From Chitinophagales bacterium (GTDB taxonomy: Bacteria > Bacteroidota > Bacteroidia > Chitinophagales > Chitinophagaceae): a DNA stretch of 64,000 nucleotides. Positions 18,998 through 30,022 of the stretch are shown here, piece after piece. Every line of letters starts with the position of its first letter. Positions within the stretch are counted from its first letter, which is position 1. The stretch covers positions 9,949-73,948 of the forward strand of contig JBBSRB010000001.1 of the NCBI GenBank assembly GCA_038243445.1, written 5' to 3'. Position numbers and translations under genes: made by a program. The notes under the pieces were generated by a model. That model had not been told where the DNA came from. It did not search any database and saw only the letters and a list, made by a program, of their open reading frames with translations.

Positions 18998-21900
18998 TTG
19001 CGTATCAAACCTCACATACTTACCCTACTTGCCTTTTTGACGTGTTTTGTAGCTTTTGCGCAGAATTATAGCGCCATTGAGTTTATAGAAAATAAAGGCC
19101 AATGGGATTCGCAGGTGCGCTTTACAGGCGCGGTGCCCGGCGGTGCTTTTTATATTCAATCTTCCGGCTTTACCGTTGTTCAAAACCATCCCAAAGAATG
19201 GGCGCAGTTGCGCGAACAAATGCATGCTCACCAGCCAAAAGATGCAAAAAAGGGTAACAAAGAGAGCGAAAACCTGCCGGCACTTACAAAACTCCGATCG
19301 CATGCCTATAAAGTAAGTTTTGTAAATGCCGCTCTAAAACCTTTGATTGTTGCCGATAAACCGCTTGCTACCTACAATAATTATTTTATTGGAAACGATC
19401 CTACTAAATGGGCAACTGATTGTAAAATTTACCAGGGCATAACGCTGCAGGAGATCTATCCAAATGTTGATGTTCGCTATTACGCCCACAACGGACAATT
19501 AAAATACGATTTGATTGTACGACCTGGAGCCGACGTTTCTAAAATTGGATTGAAGTACGAGGGAGTTGATAAGCTTGAAATTAAAAATAAGGAATTGGTT
19601 GTTGGTACTTCCGTTGGATCGGTGAAGGAGCTATCGCCATACAGCTATCAATTTCTTGAAAAAGGTAAAAAAGAAGTTTCGGTAAAATACAAACTTGAAG
19701 GAAATATTGTTCGCTTCGATGTAAAGGGCTACGATCCTTCAAAAACCCTCATTATTGATCCTACTTTTATTTTTGCTTCTTACTCCGGCAGCACAGTAGA
19801 TAACTGGGGTTTTACCGCTACTTACGGCCCAGATGGCAGCATGTATGGTGGCGGAATTGTTTTTGGGCAGGGCTTTCCAACAAATGTGGGTGCGTACGAT
19901 CAAACCTTTAGCTCCGGCGGCTCTTTTTGTGGGTCATCAAGCACTGTAGATATTGGAATTATTAAATTATCGCCGGACGGAGTAAGCCGGATTTATGCTA
20001 CTTATATTGGCGGGAATGGAGTAGATCAGCCACATAGCTTAATTGTAGATGAAGGAGGAAATTTGGTATTAGCCGGAAGATCTGATGCTGCAGATTATCC
20101 TACAACAGGCACGGGCCTAATTGGCCCGGGCGGCAACTTTGATATTGTGGTAACCAAACTAAACGCCTCCGGCAGTAAGCTCCTGGGTTCCAAACGAATT
20201 GGCGGATCAGGTGATGATGGCGTAAATATTTCGCCCTGCCATAGTACCGCTCAATCGTTACAGCAAAACTACGGCGATGGCGGCCGTAGCGAAATTATTC
20301 TGGATGGTGCAGGAAATATTTACGTGGCTTCAAGTACGCAATCAACCAACTTTCCGGCTACGGCAGGTGCTTTTCAAAAAACTGCAGGTGGCAAGCAAGA
20401 CGGAGTAATTCTAAAATTTCCGCCCGATGTTTCTTCCCTGACCTTTGGTACTTACATTGGTGGTACTGGCGACGATGCCGCTTATGTACTTTCAATAAAC
20501 CCCACCAACAACCAGTTGTATGTAGCCGGTGGCACAGCAAGTACTAATTTTCCAGGGATACAGGCTTCTTCGCTAAACAAAACCAACCAGGGTATTGATG
20601 GATATGTTTCTATTATAAGTAACAATGGTTCCTCTTTAATCAAATCAACTTACCTGGGCACCGCAGAAACCGACCAGGTATATGGGCTTAAATTCGATCA
20701 TGCGGGCTTTCCCTACGTAGCAGGACAAACGGGTGGTAACTGGCCCATTATAAACGCTGCCTGGGGCACTGCTGGTGCACCTCAATTCATTGCAAAGCTT
20801 CAACCCGATCTTTCAGCCTTTGTTTATTCTACCCGTTTTGGCACTAAAAGCGCCGTTCCAAATATTTCGCCTGTTGCTTTTTTGGTTGATCGTTGTGAGA
20901 ACGTTTATGTTTCCGGCTGGGGAGGCGTAGTTAATGCCGGCTACAAATCGGCGGGCACAACGGGTTTGCCAATTGTAAACGGTCTTGGACTTACCCGAAA
21001 TGATGGAAGTGATTTTTACTTTTTTGTGCTAAAGAAAAATGCAAGCGCCCAGCTCTATGGCGATGTTTTTGGTCAGTATGGCGGTGGAGCCGATCATGTG
21101 GATGGCGGCACCAGCCGCTTTGATGAAGACGGCGTTATTTACCAGGCCATGTGTGCTAATTGCGGTGGCGGTCCTGGTATGCCGGCAGGCGGCTCATGGT
21201 CGCCAACAAACGCATCCGGAGGCCGTTGCAATTTAGGCATGGTCAAAATTGCCTTAAACCTTGCAGGCACCGCCGCGGGCATTCAACCTTCCATCAATGG
21301 GGTTCCGCGCGATTCGTCGGGTTGTATTCCCTTAACAGTAGATTTTAGAGATACGTTGTTAAATGCGGTTACCTACGAATGGGATTTTACCGGGGATGGC
21401 ATTACCGATCAAATTACCACAGCGCCAAATGCATCGTACACCTACACAGCAATTGGCAAATACAAAGTAAGACTGATAGCGGTAGATTCTACAAGTTGCA
21501 ACATGCGCGACACGTCCTTTGTAACCATAAAGGCGGGTGATTTAGAAGGAAAAATAAGCCTGGCCGGAGAGCGGGTTCTTCCTTGCGAACAGTTCCAATA
21601 TAATTTTTCAAACACATCTCAACGCTCCCCAAAACAAGCTTTTGCTCCCCGCTCGTTTGTCTGGGATTTTGGTGATGGTTCTAAGCGGGATACAGTAGAC
21701 TTTTCATCGGCACCGGTACAGCACACTTTTGCCGCAGTAGGCACTTATAAGGTCAAATTGTATTTTCTTGATCCTGATTATTGCAATGCGCCCGATGTTG
21801 CCGAAATGACGGTTTCTTTCGGCCCCTTGAAAGCCGAATTTACAACTCCTCAAAAAGGGTGCGCACCATTCAATGCGGTCTTTACCAACACTTCTACAGG

Positions 21901-22597
21901 CGCTGCTTTGTATAGGTGGGATTTTGGCAATGGGCAAACATCAACCCAGGATAATCCAACTTATTTGTACACGCAGCCGGGCACCTATGTAATTACATTA
22001 ACGGCTACCAGCCCCGCACCTTGTTTTAAAGAAGATGTAACTACGCAAACAATTGTTGTTACAGCATCACCGGTTGCAAACTTTACTGCAGCACCACAGC
22101 CGCCGGTATTAAATACACCTATTGCATTTACCAATACTTCGTCGCCTGATGCCATTCGTTTTAAATGGAATTTTGGCGATGGAGATACACTGCTAACCAG
22201 CAACAGAAACACACCAGTACAGCACGATTTTAATGTAACCGGCCTTTATAACGTGTGCCTGACTGCATTTAATGCTGCAGGCTGCCGTGCCGATATCTGT
22301 ATGCCGGTGGAGGTAGAAGTGGAGGTTGCTTTAGACGTGCCCAATGCCTTTACTCCCGGCAGCGGCGATTTTAACAGCGTTATATTTCCGCGCGGGTACA
22401 ATATTGCCAAAATGACGTTTACCATTTGGAACAGGTGGGGACAAAAAATGTTTGAAACAGAAAGTCGTAACAGGGGTTGGGATGGCCGGTTTAAAGGCGT
22501 TTTGCAACCTATGGACGTGTATGCTTACACCCTTGAAGTGGAGTTTTTAGATGGCACTAAAACATCTAAAAAAGGGGATATTACATTAATTCGTTAA
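18998..22597 (+). CDS. T9SS type-B substrate: N-terminal FIENKGQW domain, SBBP-like propeller repeats, several PKD domains, CHU_C C-terminal domain
   Basis: FIENKGQW; repeated YSTYxGG-like/ATYIGG units; YxWDFGDG PKD motifs; VPNAFTP...IWNRWGQ...WDG C-terminus. TTG start. Confidence 0.88.
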   Translation: MRIKPHILTLLAFLTCFVAFAQNYSAIEFIENKGQWDSQVRFTGAVPGGAFYIQSSGFTVVQNHPKEWAQLREQMHAHQPKDAKKGNKESENLPALTKLRSHAYKVSFVNAALKPLIVADKPLATYNNYFIGNDPTKWATDCKIYQGITLQEIYPNVDVRYYAHNGQLKYDLIVRPGADVSKIGLKYEGVDKLEIKNKELVVGTSVGSVKELSPYSYQFLEKGKKEVSVKYKLEGNIVRFDVKGYDPSKTLIIDPTFIFASYSGSTVDNWGFTATYGPDGSMYGGGIVFGQGFPTNVGAYDQTFSSGGSFCGSSSTVDIGIIKLSPDGVSRIYATYIGGNGVDQPHSLIVDEGGNLVLAGRSDAADYPTTGTGLIGPGGNFDIVVTKLNASGSKLLGSKRIGGSGDDGVNISPCHSTAQSLQQNYGDGGRSEIILDGAGNIYVASSTQSTNFPATAGAFQKTAGGKQDGVILKFPPDVSSLTFGTYIGGTGDDAAYVLSINPTNNQLYVAGGTASTNFPGIQASSLNKTNQGIDGYVSIISNNGSSLIKSTYLGTAETDQVYGLKFDHAGFPYVAGQTGGNWPIINAAWGTAGAPQFIAKLQPDLSAFVYSTRFGTKSAVPNISPVAFLVDRCENVYVSGWGGVVNAGYKSAGTTGLPIVNGLGLTRNDGSDFYFFVLKKNASAQLYGDVFGQYGGGADHVDGGTSRFDEDGVIYQAMCANCGGGPGMPAGGSWSPTNASGGRCNLGMVKIALNLAGTAAGIQPSINGVPRDSSGCIPLTVDFRDTLLNAVTYEWDFTGDGITDQITTAPNASYTYTAIGKYKVRLIAVDSTSCNMRDTSFVTIKAGDLEGKISLAGERVLPCEQFQYNFSNTSQRSPKQAFAPRSFVWDFGDGSKRDTVDFSSAPVQHTFAAVGTYKVKLYFLDPDYCNAPDVAEMTVSFGPLKAEFTTPQKGCAPFNAVFTNTSTGAALYRWDFGNGQTSTQDNPTYLYTQPGTYVITLTATSPAPCFKEDVTTQTIVVTASPVANFTAAPQPPVLNTPIAFTNTSSPDAIRFKWNFGDGDTLLTSNRNTPVQHDFNVTGLYNVCLTAFNAAGCRADICMPVEVEVEVALDVPNAFTPGSGDFNSVIFPRGYNIAKMTFTIWNRWGQKMFETESRNRGWDGRFKGVLQPMDVYAYTLEVEFLDGTKTSKKGDITLIR

Positions 22598-22612
22598 AAA
22601 GAGGAGTGAGGA

Positions 22613-23662
22613 ATGAAACAGAGAATTTTACATACGTTACTGGTCTGTGGCAGCCTGATGGCTGTTCGGTCTGTACAGGCCCAGGATCTTCACTTTTCAC
22701 AATTTATGAATTCCCCATTAACAACCAACCCCGCAAACACCGGTTTTATACCCGATGGCGATTACCGGCTGGGCATTAACTACCGCGATCAGTGGTCTAC
22801 TGTAATGAGTGTGCCATACAAAACAATGAGCGCTTATGGCGATGTACAGGTGCTTAAAAACAAATCGGAAAACGGCTGGTTAGGCCTTGGCGGCGTTCTT
22901 TTAAAAGATGTAGCTGGCAGCGGCAATCTTACTTCTACAAAAGCGTATGGTTCTGTTGCTTATCATCAAACGCTTGGCTATTCCAGTTTATTAAGTTTGG
23001 GTTTTAATGTAGGATATGTAAACAAACGCATCAACCTAAGCAACTTAAAATTTCCAGATCAGTTCGATGGTAAGTTTTTCGACAACAAAATATCTTCCAG
23101 CGCATACAGCTACTTAACAAATACCAGCGTGCAGTATTTAGATATGCAGGTAGGAATGAATTACGCGTATTTTCCTACCGATAAAGTGTATGTAAATGCC
23201 GGCTTTTCTGCTCATCATGTAAACCGGGCCAAGGAGACTTTTTTCACAGACGATTTTAGTCCGGGTGAAGACAACCGAATTGCTATGAGGCTGATTGGCT
23301 TTTTAAATGGAAGCTTTATGATCAACGAGCAATGGATTGTAAATCCAAATGCTTATGTATCTATGCAGGCGGGCTCTGCCGAAGTGGTAGCAGGTGTAAA
23401 TGCGCATTATAATGTTTCTGGCGATGGTGAATATATTTTAATTGGCGGCGTTTATTACCGTTATAAAGATGCAGCCATTCCCATGATTGGTTTAGGATAT
23501 AAAGATTTTACGTTTGCTTTTACATACGATGCTACTGTATCTTCTTTAAAAAATTACAATGGAAGCCGCGGCGCTTTTGAGTTTTCGCTCACCAAACAAG
23601 GTTTGTTCGATCAGTACAATGGCAACCGGAAACAAACGTTTTGCCCAACGTTTAAAAATTAA
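22613..23662 (+). CDS. PorP/SprF family type IX secretion membrane protein
   Basis: QDLHFSQF...NPANTG, NYRDQW, terminal FEFSL; directly follows the CHU_C substrate. Confidence 0.9.
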   Translation: MKQRILHTLLVCGSLMAVRSVQAQDLHFSQFMNSPLTTNPANTGFIPDGDYRLGINYRDQWSTVMSVPYKTMSAYGDVQVLKNKSENGWLGLGGVLLKDVAGSGNLTSTKAYGSVAYHQTLGYSSLLSLGFNVGYVNKRINLSNLKFPDQFDGKFFDNKISSSAYSYLTNTSVQYLDMQVGMNYAYFPTDKVYVNAGFSAHHVNRAKETFFTDDFSPGEDNRIAMRLIGFLNGSFMINEQWIVNPNAYVSMQAGSAEVVAGVNAHYNVSGDGEYILIGGVYYRYKDAAIPMIGLGYKDFTFAFTYDATVSSLKNYNGSRGAFEFSLTKQGLFDQYNGNRKQTFCPTFKN

Positions 23663-23888
23663 TTACACCCTTTTTGAAGGGTTTTAACGCGTTTGTGGTT
23701 TGAAATTTGGTCGCTTAAGGTTGAATTTTAAAGGTTACCTGTGAGCGAAAAATATAATCTGTAGTGACTCTTGCCTGTGCGTGGGCCGGATAAACCGGTG
23801 GAGTTATCGGGTTGCCCTTGAATTTTTTGATTCTCTTTGTGTCAAGGCAAAAAGAAAAGCAGAATAAGATGCATTTTGCTAAAAAGAA

Positions 23889-23915
23889 GAGATTGCTTCG
23901 TACTTCGCAATGACG
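23889..23915 (-). repeat. CGTC-tagged REP-like palindrome
   Basis: Minus strand reads CGTCATTGCGAAGTACGAAGCAATCTC (ATTGC...GCAAT stem). Confidence 0.65.
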
Positions 23916-24020
23916 AGAGAACTAAAGCCCGTGATTGCAGTGCAAAAAAAGAATGTCAACAAAAGACTGTTTTACTTACCCCTTTTTTAAACGATTTTTA
24001 CAGCAGAATACATTTTTCTT

Positions 24021-25439
24021 ATGATAGCTGCACCAACCTCTCTTCCGGTTTTAGAACAAGTAAATGCTTTCAAATCTATTGTAGGCGAACAGTACGTTTT
24101 AGTAGATGAAGAAGCGCTCCATCAATACGCGCACGATGAAACTGAAGACCTGCATTTTCGCCCTGATGTAATTATAAAACCCCGAACGGCAGAAGAGATA
24201 AGTGCCATTTTAAAAATTTGCAATCAGTACAAAATACCGGTAACACCACGCGGTGGCGGCACGGGTTTAAGTGGAGGCGCACTGCCGCACCTGGGCGGAG
24301 TATTACTGTCGGTAGAAAGATTGAACACCATTATACATATAGATGAACAGAACCTGCAGGTAACTACCGAAGCAGGCGTTATTACCGAAGTGCTGCAAAA
24401 TGCAGTAAAAGCAAAAGGCTTGTTTTATCCGCCCGACCCAAGCAGCCGAGGCACTTGTTTAATTGGTGGCAACATTGCCGAAAATAGTGGCGGCCCAAAA
24501 GCGGTAAAGTATGGTGTGGTAAAAGATTATGTGTTGAACCTGCAGGTGGTGCTGCCTACCGGCGATATTATTTGGACAGGCGCAAACGTATTAAAAAACG
24601 CAACGGGTTACAACCTTACTCAACTGCTGGTAGGTAGCGAAGGAACGCTTGGAATTGTAACTAAAATTGTTTTAAAATTATTGCCCCATCCTAAGCACGA
24701 TCTGCTGATGCTGGTGCCGTTTACATCGGCCGAAAAAGCCTGCGCTGCTGTAAGCGCCATTTTTACCGCAGGCTATACGCCAAGTGCCTTGGAATTTATG
24801 GAACGCGATGCACTTGAATGGGTTATGCGCTTTGTTAACAACAGCATTGTTGGTATAGAAGAAAACATAAAAGCCCATTTATTAATTGAAGTGGATGGAA
24901 ATGATATGGATGTGCTGATGAAAGAAATGGAAGGCATTAGCGAAGTGGTGATGGCTTTTGATTGTGGTGAAATATTATTTGCTGATGATGCGCAGCAGAA
25001 AGCCGAATTATGGAAATTACGGAGGCGTGTGGGCGAAGCCGTGAAGTCAAATTCAATTTATAAAGAAGAAGATACTGTAGTGCCCCGTGCGCAGCTGCCT
25101 GTGCTTTTAAATGGTGTTAAAGAAATTGGCGCAAAACATGGTTTTCATTCTGTTTGTTATGGCCACGCCGGAGATGGTAATTTGCATGTAAACATAATTA
25201 AAGGCTCGCTGACAGACGAAGAATGGAACGGCTCGTTAAAAATGGGAATCAGAGAAATATTTTTGTTGGTTAAATCGTTAGGAGGCACCATTAGTGGCGA
25301 ACATGGAATTGGCCTCGTTCAAAAAGAATACATGAATATTATGTTTGAAGAAAAAGAATTAGAACTGATGCGGGCCATTAAAAACGTGTTTGACCCAGCC
25401 GGAATTTTAAATAAAGGAAAAATATTTGATGCTGAATAA
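24021..25439 (+). CDS. FAD-linked oxidoreductase, GlcD/D-lactate dehydrogenase family
   Basis: PRGGGTGLSGG, YPPDPSS, GSEGTLGIVT, GHAGDGNLH, ISGEHGIG, DPAGILN. Confidence 0.9.
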   Translation: MIAAPTSLPVLEQVNAFKSIVGEQYVLVDEEALHQYAHDETEDLHFRPDVIIKPRTAEEISAILKICNQYKIPVTPRGGGTGLSGGALPHLGGVLLSVERLNTIIHIDEQNLQVTTEAGVITEVLQNAVKAKGLFYPPDPSSRGTCLIGGNIAENSGGPKAVKYGVVKDYVLNLQVVLPTGDIIWTGANVLKNATGYNLTQLLVGSEGTLGIVTKIVLKLLPHPKHDLLMLVPFTSAEKACAAVSAIFTAGYTPSALEFMERDALEWVMRFVNNSIVGIEENIKAHLLIEVDGNDMDVLMKEMEGISEVVMAFDCGEILFADDAQQKAELWKLRRRVGEAVKSNSIYKEEDTVVPRAQLPVLLNGVKEIGAKHGFHSVCYGHAGDGNLHVNIIKGSLTDEEWNGSLKMGIREIFLLVKSLGGTISGEHGIGLVQKEYMNIMFEEKELELMRAIKNVFDPAGILNKGKIFDAE

Positions 25440-25440
25440 T

Positions 25441-26049
25441 ATGAAAAAACAAGCACTGCTTTTATTATTGATTGCTGCTACCCTTACCGGCACAGCGCAA
25501 GATAGTTTAGAACAAAAAGGCTTTAAAAAAGAAAACCTGTTTACCGGAGGAAGTGTGTCGCTTTCGTTTGGTGAAGGCAGCTTTTTAGCAGGCGTAAACC
25601 CAGTGCTTGGTTATAGTATTACAAAATGGTTAGATGCCGGTATTGCCATTAATTATACGTACGCTTCTTTTCGGGATTACAATGTTTTTAACGATAAATT
25701 GCGCCAGTCAATTTATGGTGGTGGCGTGTTTACCCGGGTCTTTCCTGTGCGTTTTCTATTTCTGCAAGGCCAGGCGGAGCATAACTTTATACGGCTAAAG
25801 TATTTGCCTCCAAATGGTGGTACGTCTGAAATTCAAAACAAGCAAGCTACCAGTTTTTTGGTAGGTGGTGGTTATACTACCGGCCGCTTTCCCGGCAGCG
25901 GCGGTTCCTATGGGTATTTTGCCATTTTGTTTGATGTAGGCGACAGCCAGTATTCTCCTTATAAAGACGGCGCTAATCGTTCAATACCCATCATTCGGGC
26001 AGGAATAAACGTACCCCTTTTTCAAGGCAAAAGAACCCGAGATTTTTAA
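25441..26049 (+). CDS. Hypothetical outer-membrane beta-barrel protein
   Basis: ATG 25441 MKKQALLLLLIAA signal peptide; alternating beta-strand pattern rich in G/Y/F. Confidence 0.65.
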   Translation: MKKQALLLLLIAATLTGTAQDSLEQKGFKKENLFTGGSVSLSFGEGSFLAGVNPVLGYSITKWLDAGIAINYTYASFRDYNVFNDKLRQSIYGGGVFTRVFPVRFLFLQGQAEHNFIRLKYLPPNGGTSEIQNKQATSFLVGGGYTTGRFPGSGGSYGYFAILFDVGDSQYSPYKDGANRSIPIIRAGINVPLFQGKRTRDF

Positions 26050-26155
26050 TTGAATTCCTTGATTCTTATTTTATCGGAATACAATGAACAAACTGCAGCA
26101 TGCAGAGCCTGGCTAATTAACATCTGCTACCCCTTTTTCAATACATTTTAAAAGC

Positions 26156-26701
26156 TTAACCTATTTCTAAAAACGAAAGCAGTTCCGAAGGCTCGTTTAA
26201 TACAACAAACTTCTCTTCCAATTCGCCATATAAAAAACCTTCGTCTGCAAGCATTTTCAAATGCTGCAAAAGATGATTGTAAAAGCCTCCGGAGTTTAAA
26301 ATAAAGAGCCGTTTGTCATGTATGGAAAGCTGGTTCCAGGTTAGCATTTCAAAAAATTCGTCGAGGGTGCCAAAACCGCCGGGCAATATAATAGCGCCAT
26401 CACAAAGCTCGTAAAGCGTTCGTTTGCGCACGTGCATATCCTCTACAATCAACAACTCGCTAATGTCCTTGTGCTGGTTCTCCCACGAAAGTAACACTTG
26501 CGGTATAACGCCTCTTACAATGCCGCCGGCAGCCATTGTTGCGTCGGCCGCTACGCCCATTAAACCGTTTTTACCGCCACCATAAATTAGGGCAATGCTT
26601 TTTGCAGCAAGCAATTTTCCAAGTTCGGCTGCATGTTGTTGGTATATATTGTTGTTTCCCCATTTCGATCCGCAAAAAATAGCTAACGATTTTATTTGCA
26701 T
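26156..26701 (-). CDS. LOG family (TIGR00730) nucleotide-binding Rossmann-fold protein
   Basis: IFCGS, YGGGKNGLMG, PGGFGTLDE motif. Confidence 0.92.
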   Translation of the reverse strand: MQIKSLAIFCGSKWGNNNIYQQHAAELGKLLAAKSIALIYGGGKNGLMGVAADATMAAGGIVRGVIPQVLLSWENQHKDISELLIVEDMHVRKRTLYELCDGAIILPGGFGTLDEFFEMLTWNQLSIHDKRLFILNSGGFYNHLLQHLKMLADEGFLYGELEEKFVVLNEPSELLSFLEIG

Positions 26702-26797
26702 GTGCTTCTTACTTATCTTATCACAAAAGGAAAGTAAATTTCTTGAACTTCAAAAACTACATTTGCAGTTACCTAATTGTTTATAAAAAAATAACGC

Positions 26798-28288
26798 ATG
26801 TCTCCAGTATTGTTGTTTTCTTTTGTAATAGGCTACTTTGCCATTTTGTTAGTGGTTGCTTATTTCACATCTCGAAATTCTAATAACGAATCTTTTTTCA
26901 TTGGAAATAAAAATTCCAATTGGATGCTGGTGGCCTTTGGTATGATAGGCACTTCGCTTAGCGGCGTTACGTTTGTAAGTGTGCCAGGTGCTGTTGGAAA
27001 GCAGTTTGGTGGCGGTTTTGAAGGGTTTACTTATTTTCAGATTGTAATTGGCTACGTAATTGGCTATGTGGTCATTGCCTACGTTTTATTGCCGCTTTAC
27101 TATCGTTTAAACCTTACTTCTATTTACAATTATTTAAGCAATCGTTTAGGTTTTGCATCGTATAAAACGGGCGCTTCGTTTTTTATTCTCTCACGCACTT
27201 TAGGTGCAACGGCAAGGCTTTATTTGGTGGTGGCTATTTTGCAGGAAGCAATACTTTCTTCTTTTGGAGTTCCGTTTTGGCTTACTACGCTGGTTATTTT
27301 AATAATGATTTTGTTATATACGTTTGAAGGCGGTGTAAAAACAATTGTTTGGACAGATACCTTGCAAACAACCTGCATGCTTGCAGGTTTGGTTATATGC
27401 ATAATCTACATTTTGCGATCGTTAAACCTCGATTTTAGCGAAGGTTTAAGCCAGCTATCAGAAGGCGGCTATACCACTATTTTTGTAAGCGATCCGAACA
27501 GCCGGCTGTTTTTTGTAAAACAAATAGTTGCAGGTGCTTTTATTACCATTACCATGACGGGCATGGACCAGGAAATGATGCAAAAAAATATTAGCGTAAA
27601 AACCCTTGGCGACTCGCAAAAAAACATGCTCACGTTTGCCATTATACAAGCTGTTGTAGTATTGATGTTTTTATTTTTAGGCGGTTTATTATACCTGTTT
27701 GCAACAGCAAATGGCGTGGCTGCCGCCGGCGATAAACTGTTTCCCACTGTGGCGCTGGAGCATATGTCGCCGTTTATTTCTATAGTGTTTATCATTGCAT
27801 TAATCTCTGCCCTTTTTCCAAGTGCCGATGGTGCTATTACAGCGCTTACTTCTTCTTTTTGTATTGATTTGTTGGGACTAAAACGTAGGGAAGACTGGGA
27901 TGAAAAAAAGAAACAAAACATACGAAAAAGGGTGCATTTTGTCTTTGCTGGTGTTTTCTTATTATTTGTAATGGTGTTTAAATGGGTAAATGATCCAAGT
28001 ATGATTGGCGTTATATTAAAGGTGGCTGCTTATACTTACGGGCCGCTGCTTGGGCTGTTTGCTTTTGGCATGCTTACCAAAAGAAGTGTTCGCGATAAAT
28101 GGGTGCCTTACATTTGTTTTGCATCGCCCATTATTAGCTTTATTATCGATAAGTTTCAAAAAGAGCTGTTCGGGTCTTTCGAAATAGGGCTGGAGCTATT
28201 GATTATTAACGGGCTTATTACTTTTGTAGGGCTGTTACTTGTATCCAAACCATCAACCCATTTACAGCAGGCTGAAACCGCTTTATAA
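26798..28288 (+). CDS. Sodium:solute symporter family protein
   Basis: SFFIGNK, GTSLSGVTFVSVPG, GGVKTIVWTD, MDQEMMQK; about 13 TM segments. Confidence 0.9.
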   Translation: MSPVLLFSFVIGYFAILLVVAYFTSRNSNNESFFIGNKNSNWMLVAFGMIGTSLSGVTFVSVPGAVGKQFGGGFEGFTYFQIVIGYVIGYVVIAYVLLPLYYRLNLTSIYNYLSNRLGFASYKTGASFFILSRTLGATARLYLVVAILQEAILSSFGVPFWLTTLVILIMILLYTFEGGVKTIVWTDTLQTTCMLAGLVICIIYILRSLNLDFSEGLSQLSEGGYTTIFVSDPNSRLFFVKQIVAGAFITITMTGMDQEMMQKNISVKTLGDSQKNMLTFAIIQAVVVLMFLFLGGLLYLFATANGVAAAGDKLFPTVALEHMSPFISIVFIIALISALFPSADGAITALTSSFCIDLLGLKRREDWDEKKKQNIRKRVHFVFAGVFLLFVMVFKWVNDPSMIGVILKVAAYTYGPLLGLFAFGMLTKRSVRDKWVPYICFASPIISFIIDKFQKELFGSFEIGLELLIINGLITFVGLLLVSKPSTHLQQAETAL

Positions 28289-28290
28289 AA

Positions 28291-28929
28291 ATGCACATTG
28301 TAAATCCTTTAGCCGAAAGTTATGCCGCCAAATACACAACGGCTGAAGATGCATTGATTGCAGAAGTGGCAGAATATACTATGGCAAACCGCGAGCATGC
28401 GCAAATGCTTAGCGGGCACTTGCAGGGAAAGCTTTTAGAGATGATCAGTTGTATGATTAAACCCGACCGCATTTTAGAAATTGGAACCTTTACAGGCTAC
28501 AGCGCACTTTGTCTTGCAAAAGGTTTAAAAAAGGGTGGGCAGTTACATACAATAGAAATCAGAAGCGAAGATGCAGAAAAGGCTCAAAGTTTTTTCAGCC
28601 GTTCATCTCAAAAAGAAAAAATAGTTTTGCACCTTGGCGATGCGGCAGAAATAATAAACAGACTACAAGAAACGTGGGATTTGGTTTTTATTGATGCAGA
28701 TAAAACAGGGTACATATCTTACTTTAACCAGGTTTTACCAAAACTGCGCACAAACGGTTTTATTTTAGCAGATAATGTGCTGTTTCACGGGCAGGTTTTA
28801 GAAAAAGAGGTAAAGGGCAAAAACGCTAAAGCCATTCAGGACTTTAACTATTTTATGCTGCAGCGTACCGACGTAGAAAAACTAATGCTTCCCGTGCGCG
28901 ATGGCTTGTTTTTAATCAGAAAAATGTAG
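28291..28929 (+). CDS. Class I SAM-dependent O-methyltransferase
   Basis: ILEIGTFTGYSA, DLVFIDADK, ADNVLFHG. Confidence 0.92.
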   Translation: MHIVNPLAESYAAKYTTAEDALIAEVAEYTMANREHAQMLSGHLQGKLLEMISCMIKPDRILEIGTFTGYSALCLAKGLKKGGQLHTIEIRSEDAEKAQSFFSRSSQKEKIVLHLGDAAEIINRLQETWDLVFIDADKTGYISYFNQVLPKLRTNGFILADNVLFHGQVLEKEVKGKNAKAIQDFNYFMLQRTDVEKLMLPVRDGLFLIRKM

Positions 28930-28957
28930 AACTTGGCCGTTCTTTTAAACTCGTCCA

Positions 28958-29959
28958 ATGAAAAAACTAACCTTTCTTACAGCCTTTTCCTTATGTATTT
29001 TTTCAACTTCGTTTGCGCAGTACAGCGCCATAGTAAAAGCCTACATTGCTCAATATAAAGATATTGCCATAGAAGAAATGAACCGCACCGGTGTACCTGC
29101 ATCAATTACACTAGCGCAGGGCATACACGAAACCGATGCAGGCCGGAGCAAACTGGTGTTAAAATCAAACAATCATTTTGGTATTAAATGTAAAACAGAG
29201 TGGAAGGGCGAATCGGTTTCGCACGATGATGATGCACGGGGCGAATGCTTCCGCAAGTACGATAATCCATACGATTCCTACCGCGATCATTCCGACTTTT
29301 TAAAAACGCGTGCGCATTACGCACCTCTTTTTAAATTAGATGCTACCGATTACGAAGGCTGGGCCTTAGGATTAAAAAAGGCCGGTTACGCAACCAATCC
29401 AAAATATCCGCAAATATTAATAAAGCTTATTAACGATTATGGGCTGCAGGATTATACGTTGGTAGCACTTGGCCGAAAGGTAATGGATGAAACCGATGCA
29501 CTTGCTTCCATGCCCGCCAAGAGGGAGAAAGTGATTTCGAAAGAAAGAGAAATGGAAGTTCAAACCCCTAAAAAAGGGTATCCCGAAGGCGTGTTTCATA
29601 TTAATCGCACTAAGGTAATTTACGTTTTAAAAGGCACTTCTTACCTGGCCATTGCGCAAAAGCACGGACTAGCATTAAGCCGTATTTTTGAGTTTAACGA
29701 TATGGTGGAAGCCGAGGAAACAACCACCGACCGGCTGATATATTTACAAAGAAAACGCAGGGAAGGCGAAACAGAATACCACAAAGTAGCCTCTGGCGAA
29801 ACGCTACATGATATAGCGCAGGCAGAGGGTATTCAGCTCGAAAGCCTTTTGGCATATAACTATTTACGTGCCGATGTGGCGCCAAGTCCAGGCCGGAATT
29901 TGTATCTGAAAAAAGGAGAACAAAAAGGGGGTCAAGCCCTTTTTGAAAGCAAGAAATAA
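28958..29959 (+). CDS. GH73 glucosaminidase with LysM domains
   Basis: Signal peptide; ASITLAQGIHE, NNHFGIKC, GYATNPKY; two LysM-like units. Confidence 0.9.
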   Translation: MKKLTFLTAFSLCIFSTSFAQYSAIVKAYIAQYKDIAIEEMNRTGVPASITLAQGIHETDAGRSKLVLKSNNHFGIKCKTEWKGESVSHDDDARGECFRKYDNPYDSYRDHSDFLKTRAHYAPLFKLDATDYEGWALGLKKAGYATNPKYPQILIKLINDYGLQDYTLVALGRKVMDETDALASMPAKREKVISKEREMEVQTPKKGYPEGVFHINRTKVIYVLKGTSYLAIAQKHGLALSRIFEFNDMVEAEETTTDRLIYLQRKRREGETEYHKVASGETLHDIAQAEGIQLESLLAYNYLRADVAPSPGRNLYLKKGEQKGGQALFESKK

Positions 29960-30022
29960 GCCTCGCCATTTTAATTAAACAGCAGCAGGCTAAAATGCAG
30001 ATTTTTACTGCAAATGGTATAA

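Noticed and set aside
18998-23662. PKD/CHU_C protein plus PorP/SprF as a novel system
   Set aside because: This is the established arrangement of type-B T9SS substrates with a cognate PorP/SprF.
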